Positions 1 through 6,913 of a stretch of 35,008 bases of DNA are shown here, piece after piece. The notes below the pieces were generated by a model. The model had not been told where the DNA came from. It saw only the letters and a list, made by a program, of their open reading frames with translations, and ran no database searches. Source of the stretch: Methanosarcinaceae archaeon (GTDB lineage Archaea; Halobacteriota; Methanosarcinia; Methanosarcinales; Methanosarcinaceae); assembly GCA_028690255.1 (NCBI GenBank), contig JAQVBP010000005.1, positions 1-35,008 of the forward strand, read 5' to 3'. Within the stretch, counting starts at the first letter, position 1, and every line of letters starts with the position of its first letter. A program made the position numbers and the translations under genes.

Positions 1-159
1 TGAATCTCCATAGAGTAATAGAATCAAAGAATATTTTCAAATCGTTTGAATCAAAAAGACGGGGCAATAGCTGCAATGTCTACGAAAATTCGGCGAAAAA
101 ATTAAAGGGGGGTCGAAATGTAAATTTACTGCTCTTTTTTTCAGAAATTTTAAAATGGT

Positions 160-194
160 AAAATGTTATCGTTTTATTAAAACAATAACATTTT
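160..194. repeat. Imperfect 17-bp-arm palindrome aaaatgttatcgtttta-t-taaaacaataacatttt
   Basis: Read directly. The arms are reverse complements with one mismatch. AT-rich non-coding context. Confidence 0.8.
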
Positions 195-242
195 AGGATT
201 AATTACCCGTTTTTATTAGAAAGAGATAGGGGTTTAAGGTAT

Positions 243-279
243 AAAATGTTATTGTTTTACTATAAAACAATAATATAAT
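243..279. repeat. Second, more degenerate copy of the same palindrome (aaaatgttattgtttta-cta-taaaacaataat...)
   Basis: Core arms ttattgtttta (249-259) and taaaacaataa (263-273). Starts ~83 bp after palindrome 1. Confidence 0.7.
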
Positions 280-283
280 TTAT

Positions 284-349
284 TTATCAGATCTGTTTTT
301 TCTTTATTTTTCTTGTTTTCAAAAATAGATAGCAATTACTAATTATAAC
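284..349 (+). repeat. Dispersed copy of the iteron-like unit ttatcagatctgttttttctttatttttcttgttttcaa-aatagatagcaattactaattataac
   Basis: Near-identical to 503-568 (1 mismatch by eye). Confidence 0.85.
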
Positions 350-480
350 TCACATTTCGAATCTTGGCATTTATGTACAAATCCATGACACAAATATGCC
401 ATTTTATCTGATACACTATCACTAAAATGGCCAATATGCAGGAATTATTATCTCATATTGGCAGTGGGTCGAAATGTCGA

Positions 481-622
481 TTATAACAAAATTAGTAATT
501 CTTTATCAGATCTGTTTTTTCTTTATTTTTCTTGTTTTCAAGAATAGATAGCAATTACTAATTATAACAAAATTAGTAATTCTTTATCAGATCTGTTTTT
601 TCTTTATTTTTCTTGTTTTCAA
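481..622 (+). repeat. Tandem direct repeat, 82-bp unit, about 1.7 copies (481-562, then 563-622 truncated)
   Basis: ttataacaaaattagtaattctttatcagatctgttttttctttatttttcttgttttcaa occurs at both 481 and 563. The second copy breaks off into acctgcattccgcattt. Confidence 0.85.
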
Positions 623-880
623 ACCTGCATTCCGCATTTATATAAATTACTGCATGGTTAACCTCAGATCCATTTTATGACTTTTAGGAACTATTCAGCC
701 TATCAAAATTAGTTGATTGATATTGATTTTGACTAAACTGATGTGCTGATCATTTACTGAAGCAAAATAAAAAACGTGATCAATCCAACAATTAAAGAGA
801 ATCAATTCATAGAAATTTGTCCATTGAATCTTAATAAAGATGGCTATTGATGCAGGTTTGCCTTGGCTGAATATTTATGC

Positions 881-1732
881 TTATTTAATCAATAAATTAA
901 ATCCTGAATTATTTGATTCCCATCTATTAATTGAAGCATAAAGATCTGTTCCAGAAAAGCATAAAAAATCAAAGGAAAGTCTCAAATTTCTTGATACAAT
1001 ATCATTATCTATAAATTTACTTGTATGGTTCCCAAATATTTCTTTTAGGCCAATTGTCAATATTTCTATCAAATCGTGTCCTTGACAAATTTGCCAAGGG
1101 TTGTGTGTGGATTTAATTGAACAAATCATAGATTTAATCTTTTTATAATCCAAAGTATAATTTTTTGGATTCTTTTCCAAATTATATAATAAACTACTAC
1201 AGTCAACCATCAGATTATTTTTGTCAGTAAACTGGCAAAAATCAAGTTTTTTGAAATCTATATACATATTATATTTTGAAGAGACCCATCTGACATACCC
1301 TATTTTTATACCACTCTGTATTAATATTTCACGTATTGGTTTGCCAAGTCTAATTAGTTTATTTTCATTTGCATATTCAGAGAGCATCTTTTCAAGTGCA
1401 TCTGATGAAAGAATCATTGTGTCAGTATCATGCGTATCTGTTATCAGCAAGTTTTTACTATATTTTTCCGGTTTGACTCCATCAACATGCCAAAAATCTG
1501 CGTCGACAATTGCTAACACGCCACAAACACCACTATGTTCAAGAATTAAAAGCGCATCGATAGCAGACGTTTTACATTTTGCATAGACCACATTACAAGT
1601 ATTGTCATCAATAAAACATTTGTAAACTCTTGAGTCTGTACTACCTTCAACTATTAGTATAGCTTGAGTAGAGTCCCTCCTACTCATCCTAGCTTTGTTG
1701 GCAATCCGGTTGGGAGTAATGTATCTTTTCAT
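881..1732 (-). CDS. DUF4435/TOPRIM-like putative nuclease (PARIS AriB-like / OLD-nuclease-like)
   Basis: 283-aa ORF. TOPRIM-type acidic motifs ILIVEGSTDSRVY (E29) and LAIVDADF (DxD), then ITDTHDTD. Starts 6 nt after the stop of the upstream ATPase gene. Very AT-rich. Confidence 0.6.
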   Translation of the reverse strand: MKRYITPNRIANKARMSRRDSTQAILIVEGSTDSRVYKCFIDDNTCNVVYAKCKTSAIDALLILEHSGVCGVLAIVDADFWHVDGVKPEKYSKNLLITDTHDTDTMILSSDALEKMLSEYANENKLIRLGKPIREILIQSGIKIGYVRWVSSKYNMYIDFKKLDFCQFTDKNNLMVDCSSLLYNLEKNPKNYTLDYKKIKSMICSIKSTHNPWQICQGHDLIEILTIGLKEIFGNHTSKFIDNDIVSRNLRLSFDFLCFSGTDLYASINRWESNNSGFNLLIK

Positions 1733-1738
1733 AGAAGT

Positions 1739-3067
1739 TCACCTAAATGAAGTATCTAACTTAACTGTTAAGTCCCACCGATCTTCTATGATATCTGGAG
1801 AATGAGTTGCTATAAGGACGTCAAGGTCTACAAGTTCAAGAACTTTCTGTAGATCACTTAAAAAGTCTTTTTGCCATCCTATGTGCAAAGAAATTTCTGG
1901 CTCATCAATTAAGATTAATGATTTGTGTTTTATTCTAAACAATAATTCATAATACAAAATTAGTTCATGTTGTTCCCCTGAAGATAGATTTGTTGGTAGA
2001 ATTTTTTTATTGTTTGATGTGGTAAAAATAAACCCCGTATTTTTATTTATGGATATACTTTTGTTGGCAAATCTACTGTTAATTATATTAACAAAAAGAT
2101 ATATTTTATCTCTAAGTTCATTGAATACATCCAATTTTTTCTTTACATCTTCAATATAAACAGAAAGAACGTGAGCATTTTCCTCGGTCAATTCTTGAAA
2201 CTCTCTGAAGTTAATTTCTTTCTCTTCATCAAGAAGGCCTGTTTTAATCAAATTAGTTCTTCTTTCTTCAAGGCTTGATAAGTATTCTTTAAGCTTGTTG
2301 ATATTTACATCATCTTTTGTCTTGGCTAATCGAATAGGAAACGTTCTATCTAAGGATTGAGAGAGACTTGCATATTCAGCAAGCTTTTTTTGAATAGCAT
2401 CTGATAATTCCCTTGAATAATCCATAACCGTATTCTCAATGGGTGCACCTTTCGAATATTCAAAATCCCTTTTCAAGCGCTTAAATGTAAACAACCTTTG
2501 AGTTGTTATAAAGTTTATATTGATCGATTTTTTTATATTAATAAACCACTCCTTCATGTTCTTTTCATCAAAATTTAGACCAAATTTCCACATAATTTCA
2601 TCAGATGAATATATTTCATTTTCGGGATCATAAATCCACTTATCATCATCTATTCTTATAAGTCCTGGAACTGTTCTAATTAATGAAAAAATATCCTTTC
2701 TATCATCAATTCTTTTTTTAATTATTACATTTTTATTTTTATTGTTGCTGTGTGATAGTATAAGTGAAATTTCATTTTTTGGAGTGTCATGTTGAAAACA
2801 ATTATTTTCACTTGAACTCTTCTTATTAACAATCTTTTTTAAACAAATAGTATTTCCATCATCAAAACTCACGGAAAATTCATCAAATGGAATGTCATAG
2901 AATATTTTATAATCTAAACAAAAAAGAGATTTTATCATTTCTAAAATAATGGTTTTTCCAACCCCATTTTGACCATGAATAATTGTTATATGATTCTCCA
3001 TGTTTAAATTTATTTCATGATCGTAAAGTTCGAAAAGATTTTTAATATTTACCTTCTTAACTCTCAT
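1739..3067 (-). CDS. ABC/SMC-type ATPase (AAA_15/AAA_21-like, PARIS AriA-like)
   Basis: 442 aa. N-terminal IKNLFELY..., Walker A GQNGVGKT, Q-loop FITTQR, ABC signature LSSGEQ, Walker B LILIDEPEISLH, H-loop IATHSP. Charged coiled-coil-like insert between the two lobes. Confidence 0.8.
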   Translation of the reverse strand: MRVKKVNIKNLFELYDHEINLNMENHITIIHGQNGVGKTIILEMIKSLFCLDYKIFYDIPFDEFSVSFDDGNTICLKKIVNKKSSSENNCFQHDTPKNEISLILSHSNNKNKNVIIKKRIDDRKDIFSLIRTVPGLIRIDDDKWIYDPENEIYSSDEIMWKFGLNFDEKNMKEWFINIKKSININFITTQRLFTFKRLKRDFEYSKGAPIENTVMDYSRELSDAIQKKLAEYASLSQSLDRTFPIRLAKTKDDVNINKLKEYLSSLEERRTNLIKTGLLDEEKEINFREFQELTEENAHVLSVYIEDVKKKLDVFNELRDKIYLFVNIINSRFANKSISINKNTGFIFTTSNNKKILPTNLSSGEQHELILYYELLFRIKHKSLILIDEPEISLHIGWQKDFLSDLQKVLELVDLDVLIATHSPDIIEDRWDLTVKLDTSFR

Positions 3068-3413
3068 AATATTACCTAATCCTATAGATTCTGAATATAT
3101 GATATAAGTCTTTTCTTATGTATAATTAATACCAGTAGTGGAAATTATCAATATGAGTACGAGTTACGCACTTGAGATGTAAAACCAAGCACATTAGAGC
3201 TTGTAGTAAATATTGTGCTTTAGACAGTTTGATGATTCATGCTACTGGTTTTCTGTTCAACTGCGTAAGTCCTATATGAGATAATAAATTATTTTTAATT
3301 ATAATCCTGTATCTCCCTGTCGTCTCCTTCGGAATTAGCAGAGAGGGTTTTAAAAAGTTCATAGTCCTCATCTGTGAGAGGTAATTCTTATTTTTTTCAT
3401 GATTTCACCTATA

Positions 3414-4727
3414 TTAACATTGATAAGATAAATTAGAAGCGGCTCTAAAGATCATATCAATCTTTTCTTTTTCTTTCGGCTTATCCTTCGGTTTTGGCTT
3501 CAAAGCATTCTTAACCTTCAAATAGGCCCCTGCAAAGAAGGCTTTAGAGTCTGATCTGTTAGAATGCCTGTAGCCGGTAACTTTGCTTATTGTGCCTTTC
3601 AGGAAATGTTTTTTAGGGCGGTTCTCGTCGGGCTTTTCTTTTTTCGGTTGAAGAGATTGGGAGCAAGACCAATTATGAAAACCGAAGGCCCAAAACATGT
3701 AACCGGATTCAGAGGTCATGCTTTTTTCTAAGTATTTTCGGAGATAATCATAAGGAGGGGTTCCGGCTGCATCCTCGGGACAACTGCCGGACCAGATCCA
3801 GGAAGAGCCCTGACGCCTGATAGTGTGAATGTCCAGGATCTCACCGCCTCCGTACCCCCTCCAGGCGTATTGTATCACACTTTTGGGCATGAGCCAGTTA
3901 ATCCCGAAAAAGGTTATATGGAAATGGACCCGCCCGTTTTTCTGAAACTCCCGGACGGCGATATATTCGGCGTGGTCCGGGAGATGATAACGTATGTAAT
4001 CAAGGAATTTTTCAAGGGCTTCATTTGTTTTATAATTGCATTCAGCTAAGGAACCGTACCCATAGGGCCGGGCTGTGAGGGTAAGTTCAGAGGCTACGCA
4101 GTGCCTCCGACTGGCTGCACCCCAGGCAAACCGGAAGCCCTGTATATTGGCGTCTTGTCGGTCCCGAGCCGTAAAACGGGTTTTATATGGCATTGTGTAG
4201 TTTTCAGCAAAAACCGGGCTACCTGTGGGAGAATAAGCCATATCAAGGCGTTCTGTTTTGGCCCGCTTGCAATAGTTGTTATATTCGGTTATTACCTCTT
4301 CTTCTACGTTATTGTGCTTGATCCAGTCGGAGCCCTCATAATGACCAAAAGAGTTTATACGGTTGAGCTTTAGAAGGGCTTTAAGCCGTTCAGGGCCTGC
4401 CCGCTTAAGGTGACTTAATGGTTCATGCTGCCGCCCGCTTGCGTGTTCGGTTTTTTCGGAGTTTTGCTTATCACAGATCAAGTCTAGGGAAGAACCCGAA
4501 AAAAAAGAAGATTCTTGCCGGGGATTTGCACGGACCCACAAAATAGAATCTACGTTTTCAAAAAAATATTTAACTTTTACTTTAGAATCACGGAGATAAC
4601 GGCGTACCTTCTGATAGCCATTTCTTCCGATCAAGCCTAACCTATCCGCTATTTGTTGCATAGTTAAGGGAACGGATAAAGTCATATCCCAAATCTTAGC
4701 TTTTTGCTCTGCTGTAAGCCCTGCCAT
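3414..4727 (-). CDS. Rolling-circle replication initiator (HUH superfamily, two-Tyr type) with N-terminal HTH-like region
   Basis: 437 aa. Motif 1 ELTLTARP (aa ~214), motif 2 RVHFHITFF (HUH, aa 268-270), motif 3 YLRKYLEK (YxxKYxxK, aa 328-335). Spacing is typical of RCR Reps. Lys-rich C-terminal tail. Confidence 0.75.
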   Translation of the reverse strand: MAGLTAEQKAKIWDMTLSVPLTMQQIADRLGLIGRNGYQKVRRYLRDSKVKVKYFFENVDSILWVRANPRQESSFFSGSSLDLICDKQNSEKTEHASGRQHEPLSHLKRAGPERLKALLKLNRINSFGHYEGSDWIKHNNVEEEVITEYNNYCKRAKTERLDMAYSPTGSPVFAENYTMPYKTRFTARDRQDANIQGFRFAWGAASRRHCVASELTLTARPYGYGSLAECNYKTNEALEKFLDYIRYHLPDHAEYIAVREFQKNGRVHFHITFFGINWLMPKSVIQYAWRGYGGGEILDIHTIRRQGSSWIWSGSCPEDAAGTPPYDYLRKYLEKSMTSESGYMFWAFGFHNWSCSQSLQPKKEKPDENRPKKHFLKGTISKVTGYRHSNRSDSKAFFAGAYLKVKNALKPKPKDKPKEKEKIDMIFRAASNLSYQC

Positions 4728-4797
4728 AGAATAACCCCGTTAGGACGGTAGTAAACCCCGGTATTGTTCGGTTTTAAAAAAAATAAAAAAAATAGGC

Positions 4798-5235
4798 TTA
4801 TGCCAGGGTTCCCAGAGCTTCCGCTAAGGTGGTTTGTTTAAAATGCTTGCAGAGATCATCCAGAGAAGGACCTCTTAGCTTCCAGTATGACCATTCAAGG
4901 CCACAGTCAGGACAGGTGATAAAGACCCACTGAGGGAACGAAAAACCCCTTAGACGGTATCCGCTATCATGGTCAAAGGTCCCGAGCTCTCCGGCCAGGA
5001 GAGAAGCCCCGCAGGAACAGGTTTTAACGGGGGCTCTCTGGAGACGGTCCAGGATTTGATCTTTGATGTAAATTGCATCAAAAATGTTTTCGATACTGCT
5101 TTTTATTTTGAGGGGAGGACCTCGGGGGGGCTGGTTGTGCTGTACTTTTTTCCAGCATTCCGGACCGTACCCGCGTTGTTTGCTTAAACGGTCCTTTAAG
5201 GCCCGTCCGCATCGAAGGCAGCGATTATAAGCCAT
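4798..5235 (-). CDS. Zinc-binding protein, DUF6011-like N-terminus
   Basis: 145 aa. CLRCGRALKDRLSKQRGYGPEC matches the CxxCGRxL...S...G.GPxC pattern of DUF6011 as I recall it. Second Cys pair set CSCG...CPDC. Start overlaps the upstream stop by 1 nt (TAATG). Confidence 0.55.
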   Translation of the reverse strand: MAYNRCLRCGRALKDRLSKQRGYGPECWKKVQHNQPPRGPPLKIKSSIENIFDAIYIKDQILDRLQRAPVKTCSCGASLLAGELGTFDHDSGYRLRGFSFPQWVFITCPDCGLEWSYWKLRGPSLDDLCKHFKQTTLAEALGTLA

Positions 5236-5696
5236 TAGGCCACCCCCAGGAAATCAGAAGCCACATAGGCCCATACAACCGCCCCCCGTGGAAACTTGAA
5301 AGTAACAGGCTTGATTAATTGGATGTTTTCAAGGTCCCAGAAATAGGTTTTACCATCAACCCAATAGGAAGAGGGGGCATAATGGGACCCGGCCAGCCGG
5401 TTAAATTCAGAAGGGAAGGCGATATTATCACAGCCGCTTAATTCAGCGAATGCAATTATAGCCCCATGAACAAAACAGGAATCCGGAAGGCTAATGTTTT
5501 GACTTTTCAATACTGTTTTTACATGCCGAAGGTGTACCCTGTCCGGGTTTGTCAGGCTGGCATAGATAGCTATTTTTTGCCTTTCAAAACCTTGAGGATA
5601 GGGATAACGCCGGACCTCATACCCTTTCAGGTCCGCAGCTATAAGGCCCGCGAAGGGTTGCCGGACAGCCAGGACGGGTATTTTTTTTTCGGTCAT
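5235..5696 (-). CDS. ASCH (PUA-like) domain protein
   Basis: 153 aa. N-terminus IPVLAVRQPFAGLIAADLKGYEVRRYP resembles the ASCH beta-barrel signature (SIxQPWAxLIxxGxKxxExR). ATGA overlap with the upstream gene. Confidence 0.55.
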   Translation of the reverse strand: MTEKKIPVLAVRQPFAGLIAADLKGYEVRRYPYPQGFERQKIAIYASLTNPDRVHLRHVKTVLKSQNISLPDSCFVHGAIIAFAELSGCDNIAFPSEFNRLAGSHYAPSSYWVDGKTYFWDLENIQLIKPVTFKFPRGAVVWAYVASDFLGVA

Positions 5697-6004
5697 GCGA
5701 GAACCCCCCGGAGGGTTCCCAGGAAGGCCAGGACGAGATAAACGGAAAAGAGGACCGCCTGCCTTTGGGCTGCATGGGCTTCAATGAAAAGCTCTTTTTC
5801 TTTCAGGGACCGGGCCGCGTTGATATTTGCGAAGACTAAAATAAGGTTTCCAGGAAGCCAAACGAGATTAGCCAGGCCAGCCTTTCCGAAGGAGACGCAG
5901 GCCGCGCCAGCGATTCCCGCGAATACTGCCAGGTCCATAAAGCCCAGGCGGGGAAGGTGTAGCCGGACCGCCCGGAAGGAAGGGGATAAAGCCGGGTGAT
6001 TCAC
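5693..6004 (-). CDS. Small hydrophobic (membrane) protein
   Basis: 103 aa, GTG start, 2-3 hydrophobic stretches. GTGA/ATGA overlaps on both sides place it in the coupled operon. Confidence 0.45.
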   Translation of the reverse strand: MNHPALSPSFRAVRLHLPRLGFMDLAVFAGIAGAACVSFGKAGLANLVWLPGNLILVFANINAARSLKEKELFIEAHAAQRQAVLFSVYLVLAFLGTLRGVLA

Positions 6005-6162
6005 AGGAACAGACCCCCGCAGCTATAAATTTTTTCGAAAAATTCATCTACTTCAAAAAAGGGGGTTCTTGGGTGGCGTTTGTTGTAAGCCTTCATTGTT
6101 GCCTTAACCGCGTATTTATCATACTCGGAAAGGGTCGCATAGCTTGACGTTCGGGGGTTCAT
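6001..6162 (-). CDS. Small ORF (53 aa), below the ORF-track cutoff, hypothetical
   Basis: Hand translation: MNPRTSSYATLSEYDKYAVKATMKAYNKRHPRTPFFEVDEFFEKIYSCGGLFL. The ATG overlaps the upstream stop (ATGA at 6159-6162). Its TGA overlaps the GTG of the next gene. Confidence 0.4.
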   Translation of the reverse strand: MNPRTSSYATLSEYDKYAVKATMKAYNKRHPRTPFFEVDEFFEKIYSCGGLFL

Positions 6163-6446
6163 ACCTTCACCCCCTGCCTCTTTGAAGCAATTTTAAAGAA
6201 TTTGGGGTTTGCTCCCCCCCGGATACGAATAACTTTTTTTTCTGCCTGCTGGAACTGAGCCCCGCAGATCTCACAGCGATAACCGGGCTTTCTTGTCCTG
6301 TGACGAATCCGAACGGTTCCGCAGAAAGGGCAGCATTTTAAAGACCGGGTCTTTATCTCCAACATTGGCCTAAAAGAGCCTGAATTATTTAGAACATTTA
6401 TACAGCCCTGAGCAGAGCTAACGCTATTTGAAGTTGTGTTTCTCAT
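6159..6446 (-). CDS. Zinc-ribbon protein, first gene of the coupled operon
   Basis: 95 aa with CCPFCG...(13 aa)...CEICG, a four-Cys ribbon. Basic C-terminus. Confidence 0.45.
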   Translation of the reverse strand: MRNTTSNSVSSAQGCINVLNNSGSFRPMLEIKTRSLKCCPFCGTVRIRHRTRKPGYRCEICGAQFQQAEKKVIRIRGGANPKFFKIASKRQGVKV

Positions 6447-6725
6447 GTCGTTTAGTCCTATTCAATAACTGCCCGAAACCGGCAAAGTTTCAGACGTTAA
6501 AAAAAGGGATACTCTTCAACTATATAAAAGTTAAGAAAAGCAATGTTTATAAACAGAGACGTTTCATTAACATAATGACCTTTGTTAAGGCCGACGGCAA
6601 ACGGTTTGAGGTCGAAATCCGCGAGCGGGAAACTATTTTTAAACGTTTAGTCCGCCCCGTTCAAGATTGACACTTATCTTACAAGGTCAGTACCGTTCTA
6701 AGGGTTCGAACCCATAGAAATTAAC

Positions 6726-6750
6726 TCGGGTTCGAATCCCGGTCCGGGCG
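6726..6750 (+). other. tRNA 3' fragment (T-arm plus 3' acceptor strand), candidate att site / element boundary
   Basis: tcggg-TTCGAAT-cccgg followed by tccgggc-g. The matching 5' acceptor strand (gcccgga) is absent upstream. A second T-arm-like gggttcgaaccc sits at ~6702-6713. Confidence 0.5.
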
Positions 6751-6913
6751 CTTAATTTTTTTGAATTTTTAACTTTGTGAATATTTTTTACTGGTTTTGA
6801 GAAGTAATAAGCTTTAATTGAAGATTTCTTTGATTTGAGATTCCATATTATCTTTTTCAGGTTTATTTCGGGACAATAAGAACTTTATCCGTTAATGAGG
6901 GATATTACCCTTC

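Larger units (their letters stand above)
1..6750. mobile_element. Integrated rolling-circle-type element. The right end is at a tRNA 3' fragment and the left end is not in the window. It carries a low-GC defence-like cassette.
   Basis: HUH Rep gene, overlapping small-gene operon, zinc-ribbon/DUF6011/ASCH genes typical of plasmids and viruses, tRNA T-arm/acceptor fragment at 6726-6750. Composition and gene content switch to housekeeping genes right after it. No integrase seen in the window. Confidence 0.5.

Noticed and set aside
621-859. 9-bp inverted repeat aaacctgca (621-629) / tgcaggttt (851-859) as possible MITE/IS termini
   Set aside because: It is short enough to occur by chance in AT-rich DNA. 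No target-site duplication or further terminal similarity was seen.
6428-6670. 80-aa plus-strand ORF in the spacer between the small-gene operon and the tRNA fragment
   Set aside because: It overlaps the start of the minus-strand zinc-ribbon gene and its likely promoter. Its composition is odd and it has no motifs. It is more likely non-coding element-end or promoter DNA.
6661-6750. A complete tRNA gene ending at 6750
   Set aside because: Only the T-arm and 3' acceptor strand can be drawn. No complementary 5' acceptor strand, D-arm or anticodon arm was found in the preceding ~90 nt. It is called a fragment instead, and tRNAscan-SE should confirm.
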